The notes below the pieces were generated by a model. It ran no database searches. It was not told where the DNA came from and was given only the letters and a program-made list of their open reading frames with translations. DNA of 64,000 bases from Candidatus Limnocylindria bacterium (GTDB taxonomy: Bacteria; Chloroflexota; Limnocylindria; P2-11E): assembly GCA_035708565.1 (NCBI GenBank), contig DASSSF010000031.1, forward strand, positions 10,277 through 74,276. Reading direction: 5' to 3'. Positions 1-8,107 of this stretch are shown here, in pieces. The translations under genes and the position numbers were made by a program. How positions within the stretch are numbered: position 1 is the first letter of the stretch; each line of letters starts with the position of its first letter.

Positions 1-258
1 CTCGAGGACGACGCGCGCGGCCCGTACGCCGGCGCCGTCGGCTACGTCGACTTCGACGGCGCGCTCGACACGTGCCTGGCCATCCGCACGGCGGTGGTGA
101 CGAAGGACGTCTGCCGGATCCAGGCGGGCGCCGGCATCGTCGCCGACTCGGAGCCGGCCGCCGAGGAGGCCGAGACGCGCGCGAAGGCCGGCGCGCTGCT
201 CCGCGCGATCGAGCTCGTGCCCACGCTCGACGACGCGATGCGCGGCGGCGGCGCGTGA
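1..258 (+). CDS. Anthranilate synthase / aminodeoxychorismate synthase component I, C-terminal fragment (5' end lies outside the window)
   Basis: Frame-1 translation ...PYAGAVGYVDFDGALDTCLAIRTAVV...IQAGAGIVADSEPAAEEAETRAKAGALL is the conserved TrpE/PabB C-terminus; stop overlaps the next gene start (TGATG). Confidence 0.7.
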   Translation, partial: LEDDARGPYAGAVGYVDFDGALDTCLAIRTAVVTKDVCRIQAGAGIVADSEPAAEEAETRAKAGALLRAIELVPTLDDAMRGGGA

Positions 259-857
259 TGCGGATCCTCCTCGTCGACAACCTCGACTCGTTCACGCACA
301 ACATCGCGCAGGCGCTCGCCGCGCTCGGGGCGGACGTCGACGTCAGGCGGATCGACGATCCGACGCTCGACGATGCGCTCCGCGCCGGCCCGGACGGCGT
401 CGTCGTCTCGCCCGGACCGGGCCGTCCCGAGGACGCGGACGTGGCGCTCCGCGTCGTGCGAGAGGCGCCGGAGCGCGGCATCCCGACGCTCGGGGTGTGC
501 CTCGGCCTCCAGTGCGCGGTCGTCGCCTTCGGCGGCCGCGTGATCCGGGCGCCCGAGCCGCGGCACGGGAAGACCTCGACCGTGACGCACGACGGGCTCG
601 GCGTGTTCGCGGGCATCCACGGGCCGACCGTCGCGACGCGCTATCACTCGCTCGTCGCCGAGGAGGGCTCGCTGCCCGCGGATCTCGTCGTCACGGCGAG
701 GAGCGAGGACGGGCAGGTGATGGGCATCCGCCATCGCGGCCTGCCGCTCGAGGCCGTGCAGTTCCACCCGGAGTCGGTGCTCTCGGCCGACGGGCCGCGG
801 ATGCTCGCGAACTACTGCGAAGCCGTGAGGCGCGGAAGCAGGACGGTCCCGGCGTAG
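258..857 (+). CDS. Glutamine amidotransferase subunit of anthranilate/ADC synthase (TrpG/PabA type)
   Basis: MRILLVDNLDSFTHNIAQAL...GVCLGLQC...QFHPES: class-I GATase catalytic triad context. ATG at 258 lies inside ORF 72..857; the upstream R-rich extension is not credible. Confidence 0.8.
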   Translation: MRILLVDNLDSFTHNIAQALAALGADVDVRRIDDPTLDDALRAGPDGVVVSPGPGRPEDADVALRVVREAPERGIPTLGVCLGLQCAVVAFGGRVIRAPEPRHGKTSTVTHDGLGVFAGIHGPTVATRYHSLVAEEGSLPADLVVTARSEDGQVMGIRHRGLPLEAVQFHPESVLSADGPRMLANYCEAVRRGSRTVPA

Positions 858-867
858 CCGGGAACGC

Positions 868-1317
868 CTATCTCGAGGCGGCGTCCTCGCGGAGGAGCGC
901 GACGAGGCCTTCGAGCGCGAGCAGGTAGGAGCGCCAGCCGAAGCCCGCGACCGTCGCCCGGCACGCCGTCGCCACGACGTCGGTCCGCCGGAACTCTTCG
1001 CGCGCCGCCGGGTTCGTGAGGTGGACGCCGATCGTGGGCAGGCGGACCGCGGCGATCGCGTCGCGGATCGCGACGCTCGTGTGCGAGTACCCGCCCGCGT
1101 TGATCAGGATCCCGCCGGCCCACGTCCTCGCGTCTTGGATGAGGTCGACGAGCTCGCCCTCGAGGTTGCTCTGCCGGGCGAGGACCTCGACGCCGAGCTC
1201 GGTGCCCCGCTCGATGACGCGCGCGTCGAGCTCGGAGAGCGTGAGGCGGCCGTACGTCTCGGGCTCGCGCTCCCCGAGGAGGTTCAGGTTCGGCCCGTGG
1301 AGGACGAGGACCTTCAC
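868..1317 (-). CDS. aroQ: 3-dehydroquinate dehydratase, type II
   Basis: VKVLVLHGPNLNLLGEREPETYG...GGYSHTSVAIRDA...GVHLTNP signature; GTG start, 4-nt overlap with the upstream aroKB stop. Confidence 0.85.
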   Translation of the reverse strand: MKVLVLHGPNLNLLGEREPETYGRLTLSELDARVIERGTELGVEVLARQSNLEGELVDLIQDARTWAGGILINAGGYSHTSVAIRDAIAAVRLPTIGVHLTNPAAREEFRRTDVVATACRATVAGFGWRSYLLALEGLVALLREDAASR

Positions 1318-2909
1318 GCGAGGTGCCCGAGCGCGTCGCGCGGCGCGATGCCGCTCACGAGCGCCGCGCCGCCGGCGGCCGGCACGACGAAGCGCACCGC
1401 GCCGCCGCTGCGCTTCTTGTCGGCCTCCATCGCGGCCAGCATGCGCGCGCGGTCGAGGTCGGGGGCACGCGTCGGGAGGCCGAGGGCGGCGAGCGTCCGG
1501 GCGAGGTCGTCGGCGAGGCGCGGCGGGCACGTGCCGAGCGCCGCGCCCAGCCTCGCCGCGGCCACGAGCCCCATCGCGACCGCGGCGCCGTGCGAGACAC
1601 GGTGCTCGCTCGCGGACTCGATCGCGTGGGCGAACGTGTGGCCGAGGTTGAGCGAGCGCCGCACGCCGGCGTCGCGCGGGTCGGCCGCGACGTAGGCGGC
1701 CTTCACGCGCAGCGCCTGCTCCAGGAGCCACTCGAGCGGCGCATCCGCCGCGAGCTCGGCGACGAGCGGCGAGGCGAGGATCCCCGCCTTCACGATCTCA
1801 GCGAGCCCTTCGGCGGTCGTGCTCGGCCCGAGCGTGCGGCAGACGGCCGGATCCGCGAGGACGAGGCGCGCCGGGTGATACGCCCCGACGAGGTTCTTCG
1901 CGCCCGCGTGGTCGATGGCGACCTTGCCGCCGAGCGCGGCGTCCGCCATCGCGAGCGTCGTGGTGGGCACGTTCACGAGCGGTAGACCCCGCGCGTAGGT
2001 CGCCGCCGCGAAGCCGGCGGCGTCGAGCGCAGCCCCGCCCCCGACCGCGATCACGGCGCAGGACGGGTCGATGCGCTCACCCTGGAACCGCCGCCACAGG
2101 AGGTCGACGGTGGCGAGCGTCTTCGCCGCCTCGCCGGCCGGGATCGCGACGGGGCCGAGCAGCGAGAAGCCGCCCTCGCGGAGCGATCGCTCGATCGGCT
2201 GCACGTGGGCGAGGACCGCCGAGTCGGCGACGACGATCGCGCGCGTCACGTCGGGGGCCGCGGCGCCGAGCTCGCGCGCCGCGGCGGCGAGGATGCCGTC
2301 GCCCACGACCACGCGCGTCGTGACGTCGCCGATGCGCACGTCGAGCCGCAGCGGACCCGGCGCCGCGGCGCTGCGGTAGCGGCCGACGAGCTCGCGCGTC
2401 ACGTCCTCCGCCGTCCGCGCGGAGGTGTCGAGCGCCTCGCCCGCGGCGGCGTACGCGTCGCCGCGCTCGACGGCGAGCCGCTCGAGGGTCGCGCGCGCGT
2501 CGCCGGCGAGGAGCGGCCTCGCGCTCGCGGCGCCGACCCGGCGGACGGCCTCCGCCGGCGTGACCGACAGGAGCGCGCTCACGCCGGTGCGGGCGAGCGA
2601 GGCGAACGACGCGCGGTCGGCCGGGGCGCCGCCGCCCGCCGCGATCACGGTCGACGAGAGCCGCGCGGCGTCGGCCACCGCGGCGCGCTCGAGCGCGCGG
2701 AACGCGGCCTCGCCGCCCGCCGCGAAGATCTCCGCGACCGTCCGGCCCGCCCGGCGCTCGACGACCGCGTCGAGGTCGACGAACGGGAGGCCGAGCGCGG
2801 CCGCGGCCGCGGCGCCGCACGTCGACTTGCCCGCGCCCATGAGCCCGCTCAGCACGAGGTTCGGACGGCCCGGCGGGAGCGGCGGCGCCGGGAGCGGCTC
2901 CGCGGTCAC
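1314..2909 (-). CDS. aroKB: Bifunctional shikimate kinase / 3-dehydroquinate synthase (in-frame AroK-AroB fusion)
   Basis: N-terminal Walker A LVLSGLMGAGKST (shikimate kinase) runs in frame into the AroB body (VVGDGIL...GGGAALDAAGFAA...NVPTTTLAMADAALGGK...LNLGHTFAH). No stop separates the two. GTG start overlaps the aroC stop. Confidence 0.75.
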   Translation of the reverse strand: MTAEPLPAPPLPPGRPNLVLSGLMGAGKSTCGAAAAAALGLPFVDLDAVVERRAGRTVAEIFAAGGEAAFRALERAAVADAARLSSTVIAAGGGAPADRASFASLARTGVSALLSVTPAEAVRRVGAASARPLLAGDARATLERLAVERGDAYAAAGEALDTSARTAEDVTRELVGRYRSAAAPGPLRLDVRIGDVTTRVVVGDGILAAAARELGAAAPDVTRAIVVADSAVLAHVQPIERSLREGGFSLLGPVAIPAGEAAKTLATVDLLWRRFQGERIDPSCAVIAVGGGAALDAAGFAAATYARGLPLVNVPTTTLAMADAALGGKVAIDHAGAKNLVGAYHPARLVLADPAVCRTLGPSTTAEGLAEIVKAGILASPLVAELAADAPLEWLLEQALRVKAAYVAADPRDAGVRRSLNLGHTFAHAIESASEHRVSHGAAVAMGLVAAARLGAALGTCPPRLADDLARTLAALGLPTRAPDLDRARMLAAMEADKKRSGGAVRFVVPAAGGAALVSGIAPRDALGHLA

Positions 2910-4057
2910 CGTGCCGGCAGCGGCCCGGGCGCGAGCCGCTCGAGCGAGGCCGCGATCGCCTCGACGCGATCGCCGCCGACGCGCTCGAGGAGCGCCTCGG
3001 CGAGCACCCACGCGACGGCGGCCTCGCCGACGACCGCGGCGGCGGGCACGGCGCATACGTCGGTCCGCACGTACGGCGCGTCCGCCGGAGCGCCGGTCGC
3101 GAGGTCGACGCTCTCGACGGGGGTGCGCACCGACGACAGCGGCTTCATCGCCGCGCGGAGGACGATGGGCTCGCCGTTCGTGACCCCGCCCTCGAGGCCG
3201 CCCGCGCGGTTCGAGCCCCGCACGAGGCCCGCGCCGTCGCGGCGGATCGGGTCCTGCGCGGCGCTCCCGCGCCGGCGGGCGATCGCGAACGCGTCGCCGA
3301 TCTCGACGCCCTTGATCGCGTGGATCGCGCAGACCGCCTGCGCGAGGCGCCCGTCGAGGCGGCGGTCCCACTGCGCGTACGACCCGAGGCCCGCGGGGAG
3401 GCCGGTCGCGAACACGACGAAGACCCCGCCCACCGTGTCGAGCGCGGCCTTCGCCGCGTCGATGACCTCGCGCATCCGCGGCGCCGCGGCGGCGTCCGGC
3501 GTGCGCACGTCGCTCGCGTCCGCCGCGTCGGCGAGCGCGTGCAGCGCGCTCGCGTCGAGGGACCCGAGATCGGGGACGTCGGCCGCGACGTCGGCGATCG
3601 CGGTGACGTACGAGCCGATGCGGCAGCCCGCGACGGCGAGCAGCTGCTTCGCGATCGCGCCGGCGGCGACGCGCGCGGCGGTCTCCCGCGCGCTCGCGCG
3701 CTCGCGCACGTCCCGCATGTCGGCGTGCCCGTACTTGCGGCTGCCCGCGAGGTCGGCGTGGCCGGGCCGCGGCGCGGTGAGCGGCGGCTTCTCCGCCGGC
3801 TGGTTCGCGAAGTCGCGGTTCACGATCCGCATCGCGATGGGCGCGCCCGTCGTCCGTCCGCCCGCGAGGCCGCTCGTGAGCTCCGCGTGGTCGCGCTCGA
3901 TCTTCGTCGACCGCGCCCCGCGGCCGTACCCGCCCTGGCGGCGCGCGAGGTCGCGGTCGATCGCCGCGCCGTCGAGCGCGAGGCCGGCGGGCACGCCGTC
4001 GACGATGACCGTCAGCTCGGGGCCGTGCGACTCGCCGGCCGTGAGGAAGCGGATCAC
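2906..4057 (-). CDS. aroC: Chorismate synthase
   Basis: VIRFLTAGESHGPELTVIVDGVPAG...GGYGRGARSTKIE...SARETAARVAAGA; 383 aa; GTG start overlaps the aroE stop by 4 nt. Confidence 0.9.
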   Translation of the reverse strand: MIRFLTAGESHGPELTVIVDGVPAGLALDGAAIDRDLARRQGGYGRGARSTKIERDHAELTSGLAGGRTTGAPIAMRIVNRDFANQPAEKPPLTAPRPGHADLAGSRKYGHADMRDVRERASARETAARVAAGAIAKQLLAVAGCRIGSYVTAIADVAADVPDLGSLDASALHALADAADASDVRTPDAAAAPRMREVIDAAKAALDTVGGVFVVFATGLPAGLGSYAQWDRRLDGRLAQAVCAIHAIKGVEIGDAFAIARRRGSAAQDPIRRDGAGLVRGSNRAGGLEGGVTNGEPIVLRAAMKPLSSVRTPVESVDLATGAPADAPYVRTDVCAVPAAAVVGEAAVAWVLAEALLERVGGDRVEAIAASLERLAPGPLPAR

Positions 4058-4872
4058 GGCGCCACCGGCGGCCGCTCGAGGGCCGCGTACGCCGCGCCGC
4101 GCATGATCTCGAGCGGCGCCTCGCGACCCGTCCAGAGCGAGAAGGACAGGGCCCCCTGCTCGACGAGCATCTCGACGCCCTCGAGCACGGCGCACCCCGC
4201 CGCCTCGGCGCGCGCGAGGAGCGGCGTGCGGCGCGGGCGGTACGCGAGGTCGGCGACGATCCGGCCCGGACGCAGCGCGGACGCGATGTGGAAGGCGTCG
4301 CCGTCGCGCCAGGCCGTCGACGGGACCGCGCTCACGATGAGGTCGCTCCGCGACGCGACAGCGGCGGCCGACGCCTGGTCGATCGGTCGCACGCCGAGCG
4401 GTCGCATCGCTTCCGCCGCCGCGAGGTCGCGCGCGGTGACCGCGACCTCCAAGCCGGCCGACCGCAGCGCGGCGGCGATCGCGCGTGCCGCTCCGCCGGC
4501 GCCGAGGATGAGCGCGCTCCGCGGCGCGAGGCCCGCGTGGCGGAGCGCGCGGAGGAAGCCCGCCCCGTCCGTGGAGTGCCCCGTCGTCCTGCCGCCGTCG
4601 CCGACCACGACCGTGTTCACGGACATCGTGCCCCGCGCGCTGTCGGCGACCACGTCGACGAGCCGCGCGACCGCATCCTTCAGCGGGATCGTCACGTTCA
4701 TGCCGCGCGTCTCTTGCGCGAGCTCGGGGAAGCGCCGCGCGACCTCGTCGCGCGTGACGCGCAGCGCGACGTACTCGAGGTCGAGACCACACGCGCGCAG
4801 CGCCGCGTTCTGCATGTCGGGCGACACGCTCTCCGCGACCGGGTCGCCGATCAGCGCGATGCGTCCCGTCAC
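4054..4872 (-). CDS. aroE: Shikimate 5-dehydrogenase
   Basis: VTGRIALIGDPVAESVSPDMQNAA...NVTIPLK...ILGAGGAARAIA motifs; GTG start overlaps the tyrA stop. Confidence 0.8.
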   Translation of the reverse strand: MTGRIALIGDPVAESVSPDMQNAALRACGLDLEYVALRVTRDEVARRFPELAQETRGMNVTIPLKDAVARLVDVVADSARGTMSVNTVVVGDGGRTTGHSTDGAGFLRALRHAGLAPRSALILGAGGAARAIAAALRSAGLEVAVTARDLAAAEAMRPLGVRPIDQASAAAVASRSDLIVSAVPSTAWRDGDAFHIASALRPGRIVADLAYRPRRTPLLARAEAAGCAVLEGVEMLVEQGALSFSLWTGREAPLEIMRGAAYAALERPPVAP

Positions 4873-5651
4873 CCGCCGAGCCTCCGCGCGAGCGCGGCTT
4901 CGTCCGCGACGAGGCCCTCGTAGTCCTCGAGCTGCCGCGCCAGGAGCCGGAGCGCGGGCCGCACGTCGCCGGCGGTCGCCGCGGCCCACTCCGCGACCGA
5001 GGCGGGGTCCGCCGCCGCGAGCCGCGTGGCCCCGCGGTAGCCGGGCCCGGCGAGCCGCTCCGAGGCGGGCAGCGCGGCGAGCGCCCGCGCCATGAGGTGG
5101 GGAAGCACGACCGTGACCGCGACGGCCGCGTCGTGCTCGTCCGCGTCGAGCACGATCGGCACCGCGCCGAGGGCGACGGCGAGCGCGCGCGCCCGTTCGA
5201 GCGCGACCGGGTCGTCGCGCACGGGGCACAGCGCGAACGTCGCACCGCGCAGCGAGGCCGGGTCCGCTCCTTCGGGTCCCGACCGCTCCGTACCCGCGAC
5301 CGGGTGGCCGCCGATCGCGTGGACGGCCGGCGCGAGGGCCCGCATCGCGCGCACCACGGGCCGCTTCACCGTCGCGGTGTCGATGACGAGGCTGCCGGGA
5401 CGGAAGCGCGCCCCGCCGAGCGTGGCGACGAGCGCCGCGAGCGGCAGCGCGAGCACGACGGTGTCGCTCGCGATCGCGTCGTCGAGCGAGGTCGAGCGCC
5501 GGCCCGCGCCGCGCGCGAGGCTCCGCCGCGCGGCCTGGTCGTCCCGGTCGTGGAGCACGACCTCCGAGGCGGCGCCGGAGGCGCCGAGGGCGCAGCCGAT
5601 GGCCGTGCCGATCTGGCCCGTGCCGACGATGCCGACGCGCCCGAGCGTCAC
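4869..5651 (-). CDS. tyrA: Prephenate (arogenate) dehydrogenase
   Basis: GRVGIVGTGQIGTAIG Rossmann motif, HPVAGTE, PDH-type C-terminal domain; GTG start overlaps the DAHP synthase stop. Confidence 0.75.
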   Translation of the reverse strand: MTLGRVGIVGTGQIGTAIGCALGASGAASEVVLHDRDDQAARRSLARGAGRRSTSLDDAIASDTVVLALPLAALVATLGGARFRPGSLVIDTATVKRPVVRAMRALAPAVHAIGGHPVAGTERSGPEGADPASLRGATFALCPVRDDPVALERARALAVALGAVPIVLDADEHDAAVAVTVVLPHLMARALAALPASERLAGPGYRGATRLAAADPASVAEWAAATAGDVRPALRLLARQLEDYEGLVADEAALARRLGG

Positions 5652-6664
5652 GCGACCCGCCGCCCGATGGCCGCGGCGACGCCGGTGAGCTCGTCCATCA
5701 GATGCCGGAATCCCCGCGGGTCGAGCGACTGGGGCCCGTCGGAGAGCGCGCGCGACGGATCGGGGTGCGTCTCGATGAGCAGCGCGTCGGCGCCGCACGC
5801 GACGGCCGCGCGCGCGACCGGGCCGACGAGCTCGCGCCTTCCGGTCGCGTGGCTCGGGTCGACGACGACCGGCAGGTGGGTGAGCTCCTTCAGGACGGGC
5901 ACGGCGTTGATGTCGAGCGTGAAGCGCGTCGACTGCTCGAACGTGCGGATCCCTCGCTCGCACACGGCGACGTCCTCGTTGCCGTGCGCGAGGATGTACT
6001 CGGCCGCCTGGAGGAGCTCGTCCACGGTCGACCCGAGGCCTCGCTTGAGGAGGATCGGCCTGCCCGCGCCGCCGGCCGACCGGAGCAGCGCGAAGTTCGT
6101 CATGTTCCTCGCGCCGATCTGGAGGATGTCCGCGTGCTCCGCGACGAGCGCCACGTCCTCGGGCGTGACGACCTCGGTCACGACCGCCATCCCGTGCTCG
6201 TCCGCGACGGTGCGGAGGAGGCGGAGCCCTTCGGCGCCCAGGCCCTGGAACGAGTACGGCGACGTCCGCGGCTTGAACGCCCCGCCGCGCAGCACCTTCA
6301 CGCCCGCCGCCGCGACGTACGCGGCGGTCTCGCGGAGCTGCGCCTCGCTCTCGACCGCGCACGGCCCGGCCATCACGAGCACGTCCGGGCCTCCGAGGCG
6401 CGCGCCGTTCGCGAGCGTGATGACGCGGTCCGCCGGATGGAAGTCGCGGCTCGCGAGCTTGAACGGACGGAGGATGCGCACGACGCGCTCGACGCCGGGA
6501 AGCTCCTCGAACATCTCGGGCTCGTACCCGCGCTCGTCACCGACGATCCCGACGACCGTGCGCTCGACGCCGCGGGACAGATGCGCCCGGAACCCGAGCG
6601 AGCCGATCCGGTCGAGCACGACCTCGAGGTCGTTCTCGGTCGCGTCCGAGCGCATGACGATCAC
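5648..6664 (-). CDS. aroG: 3-deoxy-7-phosphoheptulonate (DAHP) synthase, type I-beta (KDO8P-synthase-like)
   Basis: 338 aa; GPCAVESEAQ...LKRG...HLPVVVDPSHATGRRELV is typical of Bacillus/Thermotoga-type DAHP synthases; ATGA overlap with the aroH stop. Confidence 0.8.
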   Translation of the reverse strand: MIVMRSDATENDLEVVLDRIGSLGFRAHLSRGVERTVVGIVGDERGYEPEMFEELPGVERVVRILRPFKLASRDFHPADRVITLANGARLGGPDVLVMAGPCAVESEAQLRETAAYVAAAGVKVLRGGAFKPRTSPYSFQGLGAEGLRLLRTVADEHGMAVVTEVVTPEDVALVAEHADILQIGARNMTNFALLRSAGGAGRPILLKRGLGSTVDELLQAAEYILAHGNEDVAVCERGIRTFEQSTRFTLDINAVPVLKELTHLPVVVDPSHATGRRELVGPVARAAVACGADALLIETHPDPSRALSDGPQSLDPRGFRHLMDELTGVAAAIGRRVA

Positions 6665-7020
6665 GTCGCGCTCCCGGCGAGGTCGGGCCGCAGCGCCGCG
6701 GCCCGCCCGAGGTAGGCGTGCCGGATCTCGCGCTGCGTGCGCGCGGTGTTCCAGAGCACGAGGACGCGGATGCAGCGGGGGAGGACGTGCTCGTCGGTGT
6801 GCTCGCGGACGACGAGCATCGGGACCGTCTCCCAGCCGTGCGCCCGCGCGGCCGCCGCCGGGTTCGCGCCGTCGAGGTCCCCGGTGACGGTGAAGATCGC
6901 GGCGGCGATGTCCGAGACGTCGCAGCCGTTCGCTCCGACCACGGCGTCGAGGAGCGCGACGGTGGCGCGCTCCACGCCGGCCTCGCCGACGTCGGTCGCG
7001 CCGCGGATCCCGCGACAGGC
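6661..7020 (-). CDS. aroH: Monofunctional chorismate mutase, AroH class; start codon uncertain
   Basis: ...RGIRGATDVGE...AIFTVTGDL...CIRVLVLWNTARTQREIRHAYLGRAAALRPDL matches B. subtilis AroH along its length. No in-frame ATG/GTG/TTG lies near the expected N-terminus (ACRGIRGA), so the start is uncertain. Confidence 0.7.
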   Translation of the reverse strand, partial: ACRGIRGATDVGEAGVERATVALLDAVVGANGCDVSDIAAAIFTVTGDLDGANPAAAARAHGWETVPMLVVREHTDEHVLPRCIRVLVLWNTARTQREIRHAYLGRAAALRPDLAGSAT

Positions 7021-7039
7021 CTTCTCCGTGACCGTGCCC

Positions 7040-7090
7040 CCCTTCTCCGCTAGAAAAACGGAACGCGGAGCCTTCGCTCCGCGTCCTGCG
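7040..7090 (-). terminator. Intrinsic terminator / attenuator hairpin (GACGCGGAGC-GAAG-GCUCCGCGUU followed by CCGUUUUUCU) between the leader ORF and aroH
   Basis: A 9 to 10-bp GC stem read on the minus strand, followed by a U tract. An upstream segment CCGCGUCC inside the leader ORF can pair with the 5' arm GGACGCGG, giving an alternative antiterminator. Confidence 0.55.
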
Positions 7091-7112
7091 CCCGGTGCCA
7101 GTGGATCGGCTG

Positions 7113-7208
7113 CTAGCCCGACACGGCTCCCTCGGCGGACGCGGCGGCCCACGCCCAATAGGCGTAGGCGAAACCGAACCGCCGATACGTGGTCCGCATC
7201 GCCGTCAT
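7113..7208 (-). CDS. Putative aromatic-amino-acid attenuation leader peptide (31 aa, MTAMRTTYRRFGFAYAYWAWAAASAEGAVSG)
   Basis: ATG preceded by a GGGGG SD-like sequence. Seven Phe/Tyr/Trp codons cluster at residues 8 to 20. Its position between the pheA stop and the aroH terminator hairpin matches trpL/pheL-type leaders. Confidence 0.55.
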   Translation of the reverse strand: MTAMRTTYRRFGFAYAYWAWAAASAEGAVSG

Positions 7209-7246
7209 GCTCGCCCCCGCGCGGCGCCGCGTCAAGGGAACGCTCT

Positions 7247-8107
7247 CTAGGGGTCGATGACCGTCGTCGCGGCGGGGTAGGTGCCGATGACCTGGACCCA
7301 CGCGCACGCGTGGCGCATGAGGGCGAGCGCCTCCGCGGCCGGCGCGACGGCGGGGTCGCCCTCGAAGTCGACGTAGAAGACGTAGTCCCACGCCGCGACG
7401 CGGCTCGGACGGGACTCGATGCGCGAGAGCTGCACGCCGGCGGTCGCGAACGGCTGGAGCGCGCGCACGAGCGCGCCGGGGACGTTGAGCGCGGTGAACG
7501 CGAGGCTCGTCTTCGGCGGTCCGGCCCGGAGCGCGGCGGGGACACCGGCGGCGTGCGCGGCGTCCCGCGCGACGGCGAGGAAGCGCGTGATGTTGTCCGC
7601 GGCGCTCTCGATGTCCTCGGCGAGCACGGTGAGGCCGTAGCGCTCGGCCGCGCGACGGCTCGCGATCGCCGCGATCGCCGGGTCGCCGCGCTCCGCGACC
7701 TCGGCCGCGGCGCCCGCGGTGTCGAAGGCGATCTCCGCGCGGATGCCGCGCTCGCGCAGGAAGGCGTCGGACTGCGCGAGCGCCTGCGGATGCGAGCGCG
7801 CGGCGCGCACGCCTCCGAGGGTCGCTCCCGGAGGGCCGAGGAGGCAGTGGCGCACGCGGACGAGCGCCTCGGCGAGGACGCGGATCCGCTCGTCGCCGCG
7901 GAGGAGGTCGAACACGTCGGCAACGGGCCCCGCGTACGAGTTCTCGACGGGAACGACCGCGGCATCCGCCGCCGCGTCGCGAAGGGCGGCGAACGCGGCG
8001 TCGAAGCTCGCGTGCGGGAGGAGCGTCGCCGACGGGAACAGCGCCGCCGCGGCGGACTCCGAGTACGCGCCTGCGACGCCCTGGAACGCGACGCGCAGCG
8101 CGGTCAC
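7247..8107 (-). CDS. pheA: Prephenate dehydratase
   Basis: RVAFQGVAGAYSE...PDT domain...TRF...ESRP plus ACT domain; ATG start overlaps the aroA stop (ATGA). Confidence 0.85.
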   Translation of the reverse strand: MTALRVAFQGVAGAYSESAAAALFPSATLLPHASFDAAFAALRDAAADAAVVPVENSYAGPVADVFDLLRGDERIRVLAEALVRVRHCLLGPPGATLGGVRAARSHPQALAQSDAFLRERGIRAEIAFDTAGAAAEVAERGDPAIAAIASRRAAERYGLTVLAEDIESAADNITRFLAVARDAAHAAGVPAALRAGPPKTSLAFTALNVPGALVRALQPFATAGVQLSRIESRPSRVAAWDYVFYVDFEGDPAVAPAAEALALMRHACAWVQVIGTYPAATTVIDP

